A stretch of 64,000 nucleotides of DNA from an uncultured virus (IMG/VR IMGVR_UViG_3300042861_002374) (taxonomy: Varidnaviria; Bamfordvirae), in IMG/VR virus record IMGVR_UViG_3300042861_002374. The stretch is one strand, 5' to 3'. The notes beneath the pieces were generated by a model. It saw only the letters and a program-made list of their open reading frames with translations, had not been told where the DNA came from and made no database searches. Shown one piece after another: positions 46,952-57,854 of this stretch. Each line of letters starts with the position of its first letter. Position 1 is the first letter of the stretch. A program made the position numbers and the translations under genes.

Positions 46952-47422
46952 CTAATTTTCCATCTCTTTTGATATATAACCATCTAATCTTGCTGTAATA
47001 ATTTGTAATAAAGTGTCCATATCACAACAAAATTTAGTATCTGCTATATAAGTGAATTTAAGATTTGCAAGACCATTTGTAGCTTGTTGAAGATCACTTA
47101 GTAAATGACCAAAAAGAACTTGTTCGGTATTTTTGTCTGATCTTTCGTAAGTTACAAGTAGTTCAAATGCTCGTGAAATTGTTTCCTGACAAAAATTTAA
47201 AACATTTCCTCGATTATCCTGATATATGAACGTTCGTATTATTGAAGTACTAAGACCATCTGGTTGTACATACATATGTCTTGTGTTAATCTTTTCACCC
47301 TTCTTGATTTTACCAATAAATTTAAGTTTGCTGATAATTTCTTGATTGCTGTCCATCTTATTAGCAGTATTTCCTGAATCTTTAAGCGCCTTGAAGGCAA
47401 CAGTTGCCAAATGCAAATACAT
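46952..47422 (-). CDS. Hypothetical helical protein of a type common in large DNA viruses
   Basis: LKFIGKIKKGEKIN...GLANLKFTY..D; true start may be the internal MDSNQ. Confidence 0.7.
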   Translation of the reverse strand: MYLHLATVAFKALKDSGNTANKMDSNQEIISKLKFIGKIKKGEKINTRHMYVQPDGLSTSIIRTFIYQDNRGNVLNFCQETISRAFELLVTYERSDKNTEQVLFGHLLSDLQQATNGLANLKFTYIADTKFCCDMDTLLQIITARLDGYISKEMEN

Positions 47423-47499
47423 AGTTTTATTAGAATAACTTTATCAATATTTCACTTATTTTAATTTTATTTATATATTCTAAAATAAATATATAAATA

Positions 47500-48495
47500 A
47501 TGAGGTTATTAACACAAGACGAAAAATCCACATTGATTCTTCTTACTACAGCAACTCTTGCTGCAACCGCTATTACATTATACTTTAGTATAAATATAGA
47601 AAAAAAGAATAAGCATATACTTTGTAGTAAAATACATATTATTCACACTGGAGGAGAAATCGAAACAAAATTTAAGGAAAATTATTCAAAAAATATAAAT
47701 AAATATGACATCTCTTCTTATGAACCTCTAATGAATTCATCCAATATTGTGCCAAACGACTGGAATATAATAGCAGAAGATATAGGGAGAAAATATCACA
47801 ATTACGATGCGTTCATAATTGTGTGCGGTCGAGATACACTCGCGTACACAGCTTCAGCTCTTTCATTTATGCTTGAAAATTTGTCTAAACCAGTTGTATT
47901 GACAGATGGAGAAGTTAATTCTGCTGTAAAATTGACATCTACAACTAAAATACCAGAAGTTATGGTAGCATCACGCGGAAAGCTTTTAAGAGGATGCAGA
48001 GTTGTATATAAATCATCAGAGCATTTTACTTCACCGAATTATCCTCCTCTTAATCAAGTAAATTCTCTAATCCCTCCAGAAGAACCTCCTCGAATAAAAT
48101 TTGTTAACCCAAATATTAATGTAGTTGTTATCAAGGTTTTTCCAGGTATAAACGCAAAATATCTTATAAATAATGCAGATGTACACGGTATTGTTCTTGA
48201 AATGTACGGCACCGGTAATGGACCTATTTCACAAAATTTTCTTGATGCTATTAGAGCATTAGCAAACAAAGGAATTGTAATAGTAGCAGTATCTCAGAAC
48301 AACCAAGTAATAGGATCTGAAATAGATATTCGTATTTTAGAAGCAGGTGTGCTAGCTGGATATGATATGACTACAACAGCTGCATATGCAAAGATTTGTT
48401 TCCTTCTTGGAAACGTAAAAGATAAAAAAATAATTGGTCAGCTTATGGAAAAACCTTTTCGTGGAGAAATGTCAGTAAATTATCCTACTGTATAA
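47500..48495 (+). CDS. Membrane-anchored L-asparaginase (type I) homolog with substituted catalytic residues
   Basis: IHTGGEI, SSNIVPNDW, YDAFIIVCGRDTLAYTASALSFMLENLSKPVVLT, GIVLEMYGTGN, DMTTTAAYAK; N-terminal hydrophobic helix. Confidence 0.88.
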   Translation: MRLLTQDEKSTLILLTTATLAATAITLYFSINIEKKNKHILCSKIHIIHTGGEIETKFKENYSKNINKYDISSYEPLMNSSNIVPNDWNIIAEDIGRKYHNYDAFIIVCGRDTLAYTASALSFMLENLSKPVVLTDGEVNSAVKLTSTTKIPEVMVASRGKLLRGCRVVYKSSEHFTSPNYPPLNQVNSLIPPEEPPRIKFVNPNINVVVIKVFPGINAKYLINNADVHGIVLEMYGTGNGPISQNFLDAIRALANKGIVIVAVSQNNQVIGSEIDIRILEAGVLAGYDMTTTAAYAKICFLLGNVKDKKIIGQLMEKPFRGEMSVNYPTV

Positions 48496-48498
48496 TAA

Positions 48499-48759
48499 AT
48501 GAATTGCATCGTATACCAGATAAATAAAATTTCACAACAAAGTAAAAGTGTTGGGAACTTGAAAAAACACACCGAAATGAATATATGGCTTAAATCTAAT
48601 GGAGAGAAAAATTATGTGTATGAGGTGTGGAAAAATCTTGAACAACATTCAAGCTGGTGTTGGAAAGAAACAAAGAATAGATGGGGACGAATGTCAAAAC
48701 CAATAAAGAAAAAAAAAATAATTGATGAAGAATGGGGTATTTTGTTTCAGAAAAAATGA
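48499..48759 (+). CDS. Hypothetical protein (86 aa)
   Basis: ATAAATG start directly after the asparaginase stop. Confidence 0.5.
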   Translation: MNCIVYQINKISQQSKSVGNLKKHTEMNIWLKSNGEKNYVYEVWKNLEQHSSWCWKETKNRWGRMSKPIKKKKIIDEEWGILFQKK

Positions 48760-48765
48760 TAAACC

Positions 48766-49251
48766 TTACATTATCTGTTCACCAAATATTTTATGATAAT
48801 ATAAATTTGCCGATTTCCATTTTTGTTCTTTGTATAAAAATATCAGGTTTTCACGTATAATATTTTTAAATCTTTCATCTCCTCTAATAAGAATTTTATT
48901 ACGAGATATAATCTTGAATATATTACTAAAAATAACTTCTCGTTGATCATTATCTTGTAATATCTCAACTTCGACAAGCATTCTGTTTAATTGTCTTGCA
49001 AAGCAAGTCCGACGAGCAAATTTTGTATTAGATCTAGTTACAGTCTTTACATTGCGAATGTTTCCTCTGCATTGCGGACATTTTGTGTAGAAAGGAGTAC
49101 TAATTATTGTTCTTTCTTGATAAATATAAGTAAGTACATTCGATGTTTCTTCTAAATATTTACCCCAACATCTAGGATGAGCATAACATTCACACGTGTT
49201 ACACACTTTATTTTTTGCTTTGCTTAAACATACAAAACAATCATGTGACAT
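48766..49251 (-). CDS. RING-variant zinc-finger protein
   Basis: CFVC...CNTCEC..HPRC...CPQCR. Confidence 0.75.
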   Translation of the reverse strand: MSHDCFVCLSKAKNKVCNTCECYAHPRCWGKYLEETSNVLTYIYQERTIISTPFYTKCPQCRGNIRNVKTVTRSNTKFARRTCFARQLNRMLVEVEILQDNDQREVIFSNIFKIISRNKILIRGDERFKNIIRENLIFLYKEQKWKSANLYYHKIFGEQIM

Positions 49252-49310
49252 AATTTCTTATATCACAGAAAATTTTAGTTTAAATCTTATAATTTATAGC
49301 ATACTTATAA

Positions 49311-50636
49311 ATGATGTCTCTTTGTAAAGTACTTACTGATAATTATAATACAAATATTCTTGATGCAGTAGATCCTATAATATCGAAGGAATTTTTAAAA
49401 ATATCTACTCAATATCGTGGAGGAAATAAAGGTAGAAAAGTTCTGATGGATCTAATATATAATCATTATAATAACACTAAACCACTTCCTAAATTTATTG
49501 GCGGACCAAAAACTCTTACGTCTCATTGGAGTGAAGAATATCAGATGATGGTATATATCTTTGGAGAATGGCATTCAAATAAAATGGACTGTAAAAATTT
49601 TAAAGAATTTAAAATAGGAGAACAAGTTCCAGTAGAAGTTTTTTTAGCAGAGCTTATAAAAACTACCGACGTTTTTATCGACATTTATTTTGAATTTTCT
49701 CCATATAAAGGTGAAGAATACGATGAAGAATATCCATTTATTAAACCTAATGAAGCAGAAGGAGATGATATTTTGTCTAAATTTTTTGTAATTGAACAAG
49801 ATCGTTTGACTAAACTTTTTGAACATTTTAAAACATGCATACAATACTCAACACGTGCTGCAGCCGAATGTAGATTGGCTAGAGTTCATTATTTCGACAT
49901 AAGATTTAATAGATCAAAAGATAGGAAAGAAAATCGTCTTGACGACGTATCTTGGTTTCTGGTAGAAATATCTGATATTTTGTCGAAAAAGTCTACTATT
50001 GATATTAAGATTGCAAACTTTAAAAAGTTTATGCAGGATAATCCGAGAATTAAAAGAGTTTTAGATGGTCTTATAGCACCCAAAGACATTGATTTTCAGT
50101 CTTTTTGGATAAAACAAATACGTGATAATGTGCATGCTATGAAAGAAGTAGATAAATCTCCGTTAAAACCAAAAATTATGGAGTTTATTGACAAAGAAAC
50201 TATTATTGAAGCAATGAAATATAGAGCAGATTTTATAAAATACATTCCAAGTATTTTTAGCGACAAAACAAAAGATTATTTATTACTAGATAACTTACAA
50301 CTTATTACTACTTATATTAGGAATACTAATGCACTAATTGCAGATGTGTATACTTTATCTCGCATGTTCAGAAACTTTAATATTGCAAAATCGGCTTACA
50401 AAGGTGGACCTATTAATGATCAACCAGACAAACCCCATAATGTAATAATATATGCTGGGGATGGTCACTCCAGACAGTACAGAAAGTTTCTAGAAAGTAT
50501 TAATTTTAAAGAAATCTCAAAATCAGGTAGCTCAGAAATAAAAGAAGGAGAGCCTAAATTTTGTGTTAATATGAAAACATTTAAAGAGCCATTTTTTTCT
50601 AATTGGCCTAGCAAACAGAAATATAGGTTGAATTAA
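49311..50636 (+). CDS. Hypothetical protein with TraB/TIKI/EreA-like GExH...GxxH motifs
   Basis: VYIFGEWH, IYFEF, VIIYAGDGHS. Confidence 0.55.
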   Translation: MMSLCKVLTDNYNTNILDAVDPIISKEFLKISTQYRGGNKGRKVLMDLIYNHYNNTKPLPKFIGGPKTLTSHWSEEYQMMVYIFGEWHSNKMDCKNFKEFKIGEQVPVEVFLAELIKTTDVFIDIYFEFSPYKGEEYDEEYPFIKPNEAEGDDILSKFFVIEQDRLTKLFEHFKTCIQYSTRAAAECRLARVHYFDIRFNRSKDRKENRLDDVSWFLVEISDILSKKSTIDIKIANFKKFMQDNPRIKRVLDGLIAPKDIDFQSFWIKQIRDNVHAMKEVDKSPLKPKIMEFIDKETIIEAMKYRADFIKYIPSIFSDKTKDYLLLDNLQLITTYIRNTNALIADVYTLSRMFRNFNIAKSAYKGGPINDQPDKPHNVIIYAGDGHSRQYRKFLESINFKEISKSGSSEIKEGEPKFCVNMKTFKEPFFSNWPSKQKYRLN

Positions 50637-50668
50637 TTCATTTTATAATATTTGATATTATAAAACAC

Positions 50669-52648
50669 CTAGATTTGTTGAAAAAATTTTTTAAAATAAT
50701 GGGGTTGTTCACTTGGTACAAAAATTAGATCACCATTAGGTAAAAATCCGGTATGCTTATAAGATGAATTTATATCTTCTATAGTTTTAAACAATGTAAC
50801 ACATTCATCTTTATTTTTACATTTTATTTGTGTGCCAATAATAAAATCTTCTATAAGTAATATTGGTTTGCATGTATTAATTAAATTCTTACTTCCTTTT
50901 AGGACATCAATCTCGTGACCTTCAACATCAATATGATAAACACCTATTAAGCCTATCTCTCCTTTCTTAAATAAATCATCAGCTGGGATAAAAATGTTTG
51001 ATTCTTCTTCGTTAGTTTTTGTTAAATTAATTTTTTCTTTTTTAATATCCCAACGTTGTCCGCCTGTATTATTACCATCATTATTAGTATTCTCCGAATG
51101 TCCCAATATTTTTTTAAGATCAGAAAGCCCATAATTTAAAATTTTGATATTAGAAACTGAATTTATAATGGACATTTTTTTCATAAAATCGCATTTTTCC
51201 TGTGATGGATCAATAGCATATACAATTACATCATCCCTTCCAATATTTTTAAGAGCTAAAGCAAGAGAAATAGATAAATCACCGATATGTGCACCAACAT
51301 CTATGACTCCATAGTCAGGATTATTATTTTTAGCAAAATTAAAAATAGCTTTTTTTTCTTCTATTTCATAATGAAGTCCTGGCCAATTTTTTCTTGTAAA
51401 ATCACTTTCTTCCCATAACATATCGGAACCATCTATAGGGTTCTTTATTTTTTTATTTGGGAACATCAACAAATTTTTAATTTCTTCAAACGTAGTAGTG
51501 ACTATGCTACTATAACAGTCGTCAACCCCAAAAGAAATATAAATTTTATTGTTTTTTTGATCTACTAGTAAACCAGAACCAAATTCTATGTTAACGAAAG
51601 GTGTCAATAGATTAAAAGATTTTGACACATGGGTTATATTAAAAGGAGGATATTTATTAAATAAATAAATAAAATTCTTTCTAGTCAACTCTCCATTTTG
51701 GACCCCCCTCGTATGACCCAAACCAATATATCTTTCTATCCCGTCTAATATTATAAGTTGTGCAGGAGCGCCGTTTCCAATGTCATTTCCAATATTATTT
51801 ATAATTTCTGGGAAAGTTGTAGAAAATATTTTTTTACATAATCCAGTATCCATATTTATATCTAATATAACATGTGGGTTAATACTATAAACTATATATA
51901 ATTTATTTTTATATTGAAAAGGCATCCAATTTTTTTCTGGATGTCGCATGGGATAATAATCCAACAATAAAGGAGATCTACTCTGATTTAGAGGAAATAA
52001 TATAATATAATGCCCAAACTTATTAGTGTTTACTGTACTTTTAAATGGGAAATTTTTACCTCGAAAAGATGTTATAATCCAGTCTTCGTCATTATATTTA
52101 AAAATTCTAGGGTCTTCAAATCCTAAAGAATCCTCATTATTAGCAATATTATTTTTTGTGTAAAATGGATTAATAAGTTCAGGTATATCTATTTTTTTTC
52201 TATCCGACAAATCCAATTCAAATTTTACAATACCACTTGAAGATTCTTTATTTTTTCCAAATATATTAAAATAATTAGAGAAGCCTTTAATAATGTCTGG
52301 TTTCATATCTTTGAAATGGTTATATACGCATTTCTTTAACCTACTAATGTAACTATGACCAGATACTCGAGCTATTGTTGTTATTTTACCATCTTTGTTC
52401 CACTGAATTGAAGGATTATATACAAAAAACAAAGATTTGTCGGTAGAAACATTTGTAAAAATATCGTCTGAATTACTAGATGAAAGTTTATAATATTTTG
52501 CACTTAAGTCAACTTTTTGATTTTTTAAATACAATGATGTACTTATATTTTTATTACTTGAACTATTTCCTAAATAGTTACATATCACAAAAATAATTAT
52601 TGTAAAAAGAACTAATATTATAAATATTATAATAAGTTTCCAATTCAT
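50669..52648 (-). CDS. Membrane-anchored five-bladed beta-propeller glyco-enzyme domain fused to an FkbM methyltransferase
   Basis: YNPSI, FEDPRIF, EKNWMPF, IEFGSGL, SFGVDD (GH130/beta-mannosyltransferase-like); IDVGAHIG and HIDVEGHE..VLKG (FkbM). Confidence 0.8.
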   Translation of the reverse strand: MNWKLIIIFIILVLFTIIIFVICNYLGNSSSNKNISTSLYLKNQKVDLSAKYYKLSSSNSDDIFTNVSTDKSLFFVYNPSIQWNKDGKITTIARVSGHSYISRLKKCVYNHFKDMKPDIIKGFSNYFNIFGKNKESSSGIVKFELDLSDRKKIDIPELINPFYTKNNIANNEDSLGFEDPRIFKYNDEDWIITSFRGKNFPFKSTVNTNKFGHYIILFPLNQSRSPLLLDYYPMRHPEKNWMPFQYKNKLYIVYSINPHVILDINMDTGLCKKIFSTTFPEIINNIGNDIGNGAPAQLIILDGIERYIGLGHTRGVQNGELTRKNFIYLFNKYPPFNITHVSKSFNLLTPFVNIEFGSGLLVDQKNNKIYISFGVDDCYSSIVTTTFEEIKNLLMFPNKKIKNPIDGSDMLWEESDFTRKNWPGLHYEIEEKKAIFNFAKNNNPDYGVIDVGAHIGDLSISLALALKNIGRDDVIVYAIDPSQEKCDFMKKMSIINSVSNIKILNYGLSDLKKILGHSENTNNDGNNTGGQRWDIKKEKINLTKTNEEESNIFIPADDLFKKGEIGLIGVYHIDVEGHEIDVLKGSKNLINTCKPILLIEDFIIGTQIKCKNKDECVTLFKTIEDINSSYKHTGFLPNGDLIFVPSEQPHYFKKFFQQI

Positions 52649-52790
52649 TTATTATAATATTTATAATATTTATAATTTTTTTGAATGATAACATAATAAG
52701 TTTCTATGTGTTGCCAATTCCAAGTACATCCTTCTATTTTTGATCTTACTTAAGTCGAGTAATTATTTTTCATTTATAAAGATTTTTGCT

Positions 52791-55700
52791 CTAACCAACA
52801 AACTTAAGTTTAGGTGTAAACAATTCACTTAATTCATTCAACAAATTACGTCTAACCTTATATCTGAATTTGTATTGATTCAACACAAAATCTACAACAC
52901 CAGGATATGCAACAGATAATACCTGATCAAGTGGATTTGCAAGAGCTTTTAAGTAATAAAAGTAATCAATTTTGATAGCATTTTTGTGTCTAGAATAATA
53001 TTCAGCACATTCAACCTTCTCATATTGTTTCGCAGTATGTTTGTCAGGTCCTGTGATCAAATACTCTAAACGAGTACCTGCATCTACTCTTTGACCTCTT
53101 TGTTGCATTCTTTGTGCTAATTGAACTTGAGCTGGTAAACAAAGGAGATAGTATTCTTCTTGATTTTCAGCTCCTTTGTTTTTTAACTGTTCTTCTCGTT
53201 CAGAAAGAATTGAAGAGAGTATAGGAACAGTGTAATCACCTACCTTGGCTTTTCTAACACCTTTTTCATTTGTAAATGCTTCGGCTTGGAGACCACCTGA
53301 ATTTCCTACGGCTTTTGTAACAACAAAATCTGTATAAGGATTACACCCAGAGAACATTTTATTAATTTTTTCAAGGACCCAATACAAAACTTCATCTCTT
53401 GGTGTTTTATCAGCAATGTGATTGATAACACCTTCATAGATTACTCTGACAAAATTACTGTTGTCACGGCGGGCAAGTAATACTCCTTTTTTACCAATGC
53501 TATCACTGTATATTAACTGACCTCGTTTTTTCTCAATCTTTCTATGCATATACCTCTTTTTGGTCAAAATGAAGAAGAAATTATAAATACATCCTTCAAA
53601 CTCTAACTTAATAGGTGGTGGGAACAACTTTGTGAGCTCGTCGGCGACAAACTCTGAATAGTCCCATAATTCTTCATCAGACTTTCCTTCCATTAGAGGA
53701 AAATTGATATAATTTGAATCAGTATCTCCATATACCAATTGACCGTCAAATTTATTTACAATAGTCTCAGCTGTAATTTCTATGTTTTTTCTACCCATAT
53801 AAGTCGTACACATAGCTCCAGGCATAAAAGGTAAGTATCCACGCCTAACTCCCATCGCTCCGTACATACTGTTAGCAGAAACTTTATATGCCAGCTGTCG
53901 TTTGTCAAGAACTCCGATCAAACTATTCAAGGATTCAATTTCTTTCGTGTTATCGTCACCATTTGTTTCTAAAACACCAATTCTTTTCTTGGCTTTAACC
54001 ATATCAACATTACGAGTATGAGAACGTGCATCAAGAAGATTTTGAATAATACTTGGTAATACTCCTCTTGGTTCTTTCAAAAAACGATAGTATCTCTTTG
54101 CACACATTGGAAATTTAGGTTTACTTTTGTTCAAATCTGAGCGTTCTTTGACATAAGGTTTAAGCTCGTCAATCATAGATTTGATTTCATCACCAAATTC
54201 TTTCTTCCTAAACTTGTCTGTCGTTTTATTCTTTTTCTCTCTAATTTTCTTAATCTTTTCTTGTTCTATTTCAATCATTTTGTTTAATTGCATCTTTCTA
54301 ATAATTTTTGGATCATGTTCACACCCGATGTGATCTTCCCATTGCATCACATGACATTTATCATCTGGAATATCTGATTCGTCAGATACCCACGTATGAT
54401 AATCAATATTGTAAGCAATAATAGTAGTCGGATATAGAGATGCAAAATCAAATGGGACAACTTGATTATACTGCCCTGGTACTGGAGGAAACACATGTGC
54501 TCCAACATAACGCTCTGATTCAGATACTTGGTACGCGTCCTTCTCAACAACTATGTTTTCATACATACAATACTTATATAATTGACTGTACACCTTAATC
54601 TGCTGACCTTGTGTGTATAAAGTAAAAATAGGAACACAACAAGTTGCAGCCATCTCTGTGAGCCCTGTCCAAGTCTGTAGCTTGTCCATGAGCTTTACAG
54701 TTAGCTCACTATCTTTAATACAATACAACCCACAAATTCCGATTGCTTTTTTTGCTCTTTTACTATATTCACCATCCTTGTTTTTTGTGACTCCGATACG
54801 ATAGCACTTAAATATCCCTTTTACGCTAAGTGGATCTTTTGTTTCTCCGATAAAATGCTCAGCAATTGTTTTCAATTTGTAGTTGCTAAACTTGAAATCG
54901 CGTTTCACAAGTGGCAAAAGATCAACAAAAACTCTTCCCTCTGCGTCAAGAAATTGAAATTCTTGATTTTTGTATGCAGAAGAAGACCATTTGATTGTTT
55001 TCTCTTTGGCATGTGCATATTTATGAAAACCTTGCTGATCAAAATTGAAGATGCACATGTTAAATTTCGCACGATCAATCATATACGGAATATCAAAACC
55101 CAAGATATTATATCCTACAATAACGTTTGGATTTTCTTCTCTGACAAGATCTGTGAAACCTGTTAAAAGATCTGCCTCAGTATCATACATGTAAATCAGA
55201 ACATCCTGTCCGACAACATCTTGTTCTGGTTGACCCAAAGTAAGCAAATATTTTTCATATTTATCTGATGATTCACCATATCTTGATATTACGCATGAAA
55301 TTTGAAATATTTTATCACCTGGTTTATTTGCATTAGGCATGGCAGATGGATTTGTTGAATTAACTTCAATATCAAATCCCATAATTTTTGGACACGGTAC
55401 TTTGTCACTTACTAGTGGAGATAGATTTTTCCATTGTACTTTAAACTCATGATCGCAAAGAGTTAATTTCTCATCATTTTTTTGAGGTTTACCTGAAAAT
55501 TGTATCCAACCTGCTGTTGAAATTTGTCTACAGCAAGTTAACTGTAAAATAGGATCCGCATCTGATTCATGTATTTTTAATTTAACCCCTCCTATACCTG
55601 CTATGTTTAAAGAACCTCGAAGTTTATAACCAAGAGTCTTTATATCTTTTCTTGAAGAAAAAGAACAAAAGAGAAATGGAAATAGCTTTGTTTTACCATT

Positions 55701-55985
55701 TTGATCAATATGTGCTCCATAAAGACGTTTTTTCATCATTAGCATTTTTTTAATTGGTTTTTGTCTGTTCAACAATTCGTCTATCTTATTTCCAACAAGT
55801 TGAGCCAATCCTGTTGTCCAGTTTATTCTATCTGGTAGTTCGATGTACACATAAGGTGTAAAGTTGTCAACACGAAGACATATATTTTTGTTTTCATCGT
55901 CTACACCGTATATTCGGATTGATGTAATTTCTTCTTCATCATCGTCTATGTGCCAACTGTAGCTAAAGAGTTTGTGTGTCTCCAT
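52791..55985 (-). CDS. polB: Family B DNA polymerase (no intein)
   Basis: FDIE, GYNILGFD, FDFASLYP, KVSANSMYG, YGDTDS, KKRY. Confidence 0.98.
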   Translation of the reverse strand: METHKLFSYSWHIDDDEEEITSIRIYGVDDENKNICLRVDNFTPYVYIELPDRINWTTGLAQLVGNKIDELLNRQKPIKKMLMMKKRLYGAHIDQNGKTKLFPFLFCSFSSRKDIKTLGYKLRGSLNIAGIGGVKLKIHESDADPILQLTCCRQISTAGWIQFSGKPQKNDEKLTLCDHEFKVQWKNLSPLVSDKVPCPKIMGFDIEVNSTNPSAMPNANKPGDKIFQISCVISRYGESSDKYEKYLLTLGQPEQDVVGQDVLIYMYDTEADLLTGFTDLVREENPNVIVGYNILGFDIPYMIDRAKFNMCIFNFDQQGFHKYAHAKEKTIKWSSSAYKNQEFQFLDAEGRVFVDLLPLVKRDFKFSNYKLKTIAEHFIGETKDPLSVKGIFKCYRIGVTKNKDGEYSKRAKKAIGICGLYCIKDSELTVKLMDKLQTWTGLTEMAATCCVPIFTLYTQGQQIKVYSQLYKYCMYENIVVEKDAYQVSESERYVGAHVFPPVPGQYNQVVPFDFASLYPTTIIAYNIDYHTWVSDESDIPDDKCHVMQWEDHIGCEHDPKIIRKMQLNKMIEIEQEKIKKIREKKNKTTDKFRKKEFGDEIKSMIDELKPYVKERSDLNKSKPKFPMCAKRYYRFLKEPRGVLPSIIQNLLDARSHTRNVDMVKAKKRIGVLETNGDDNTKEIESLNSLIGVLDKRQLAYKVSANSMYGAMGVRRGYLPFMPGAMCTTYMGRKNIEITAETIVNKFDGQLVYGDTDSNYINFPLMEGKSDEELWDYSEFVADELTKLFPPPIKLEFEGCIYNFFFILTKKRYMHRKIEKKRGQLIYSDSIGKKGVLLARRDNSNFVRVIYEGVINHIADKTPRDEVLYWVLEKINKMFSGCNPYTDFVVTKAVGNSGGLQAEAFTNEKGVRKAKVGDYTVPILSSILSEREEQLKNKGAENQEEYYLLCLPAQVQLAQRMQQRGQRVDAGTRLEYLITGPDKHTAKQYEKVECAEYYSRHKNAIKIDYFYYLKALANPLDQVLSVAYPGVVDFVLNQYKFRYKVRRNLLNELSELFTPKLKFVG

Positions 55986-56033
55986 TGTTATTTATTGATT
56001 TACTATTTTGATTTTTAAAACCAATTTTACTTT

Positions 56034-56912
56034 TTAAGTATCTCTTAACCAAAACATAGCTGCTCTAGCAAAGAAGCGTGGAGCATTATTCTGTAAATCT
56101 TCTGAACTTTCATACAATTGATCCAATGCATTATAAGAATTCACCCCTCTTTCATTTAGGATTTCCATCATTTGCGGCCAAGCTTCAGTTATTTCAGGAT
56201 TATAATTTTTGTAAATCCAATATGCCAAAAGTTGTTGGCTACTTCGAGAAGTCTCGCTCAAAAATTGTTGTCTTTCGTTTGAATCAGTTGGTAAAAATGG
56301 AGGTAATGGTTCTGATAAAAAATGCATAGAATTATATAAATTACCACCATTTAGACGTAAATTAATATAAAAATCAATATAAAAATTATCTAAATCAGTA
56401 TACGAAAGTAAAAGTCGTTGTCTCATATGCCTCATAATACGAGTCCAATGCCAATCATTAACTAATTCGCGATTATATTTTCTAAAAATCCAAAATGCAC
56501 GAAGTTGATCACTAGTTCTAAAAGGTCTATCCATCCATTCTTTTAACAAATAAGAATTTTTAGGAGGTAATGTTTCAAGTTGATAATCTGGATTTTGTTG
56601 GTTGTATAATTGAAGTGTCATATTATCATAGTCAAAATCATCCAGACCAGCTTCTGATATCATAGACCTACGATCTAAAATAGGAATATACATTAAATAT
56701 ATATTATTATATTTATCTTTTAATTTTTTCCATTTTCCTTTTCTTTGAGATGGAAGATCAAATGTAGATTCATTTGTCAAGATATTTTTATAGTAAATTT
56801 TAGCTGATTTTTTTAATGTTTTTTGTTCCCAAACATTAATCATTTGTAATAATAAAATATTAAAATATTTTATAAACATCCATATAATTTCGTATTTTTT
56901 CGTGACATGCAT
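56034..56912 (-). CDS. Hypothetical protein with an N-terminal WW-like domain and an internal duplication
   Basis: WEQKTLKKSAKIYYKNILTNESTFDLP; LPP...QLRAFWIFRKYN versus LPP...QLLAYWIYKNYN; true start probably the internal MINVW. Confidence 0.65.
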   Translation of the reverse strand: MHVTKKYEIIWMFIKYFNILLLQMINVWEQKTLKKSAKIYYKNILTNESTFDLPSQRKGKWKKLKDKYNNIYLMYIPILDRRSMISEAGLDDFDYDNMTLQLYNQQNPDYQLETLPPKNSYLLKEWMDRPFRTSDQLRAFWIFRKYNRELVNDWHWTRIMRHMRQRLLLSYTDLDNFYIDFYINLRLNGGNLYNSMHFLSEPLPPFLPTDSNERQQFLSETSRSSQQLLAYWIYKNYNPEITEAWPQMMEILNERGVNSYNALDQLYESSEDLQNNAPRFFARAAMFWLRDT

Positions 56913-56941
56913 TTCTAAATATTTTTAGAAACAAACTAATT

Positions 56942-57811
56942 TTATACTCCAGTATATATATAATCAGCTGGTAAATAGTAAGAGTTTGATTTCTTCAAAA
57001 ATTTGGCTGTATTATTATAATTATTACTATTTCCATGAGATAGTCCATTTGCTCCTTTGTGCAACGCATCTTCTTCATACCCATAATAAAGAGGCTTAAT
57101 TTTTTTTATTATCGGATGATTATAACCAAAACCTAAAATACCAATTTCTTTTGAAGCTAAATAATTTGAAAGAACCAAGTCATCTGCTAGATAATGATAA
57201 ATAGGTACTTTAGTTTTGTCAAACATTTCAAGAGGTATGTTTTCTAGAAATTTCTTCTTATATAGAACACATGAAAAACCTTCTAACATAAAAATTTCTG
57301 ATAATTCGCCATGTTTTTTAAGAGGATTTTTTAAACAACCAGCATATCCAGATATTACATGATTAGGATATAAACTGTGATATTTTAGATAAAGTTGTAT
57401 TATTTTATCTGGGTAACTAATATCATCATCTACTGAAAAAATAATATCATTTTCTCTCACAATATCATTCTTACATGTTGGGACTATTTTAGTTGCGGGA
57501 CCAAGATCTTCACAAAAATTTAAGATAATATTATCTTTTAATAAAAATTTTGGTATGTCTGAAAACTTACTTCCATCTCGTTTAAATATATTAGGTAAAT
57601 TTATAAAGTATAAATCTGGTTTAATAGTTTGATTTTCTAATGAGTTTATACACTCAGATATTTTATTGATTCTTTTAGGTGAAGTTGTCATAGAAATAAT
57701 AATACGTGGTTCTTTTGGTATAAAAATATTTTTCGATCTATAAAATTGTTTAACTATAAAAAATATACACGTAAAAAAAAGGCAAAATATTCCTATAATA
57801 TAAAATTTCAT
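56942..57811 (-). CDS. GT-A fold glycosyltransferase
   Basis: ISMTTSPKRI, DLGPATK, SVDDDISY, ADDLVLS; N-terminal TM. Confidence 0.85.
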   Translation of the reverse strand: MKFYIIGIFCLFFTCIFFIVKQFYRSKNIFIPKEPRIIISMTTSPKRINKISECINSLENQTIKPDLYFINLPNIFKRDGSKFSDIPKFLLKDNIILNFCEDLGPATKIVPTCKNDIVRENDIIFSVDDDISYPDKIIQLYLKYHSLYPNHVISGYAGCLKNPLKKHGELSEIFMLEGFSCVLYKKKFLENIPLEMFDKTKVPIYHYLADDLVLSNYLASKEIGILGFGYNHPIIKKIKPLYYGYEEDALHKGANGLSHGNSNNYNNTAKFLKKSNSYYLPADYIYTGV

Positions 57812-57854
57812 TTTATATTAAACGGAGAATTTTTTCGAAGTGAGAAATTTGTAT

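Noticed and set aside
52791..55985. Intein in the DNA polymerase
   Set aside because: The motif regions are uninterrupted, and the Lys-rich insert has no intein blocks.
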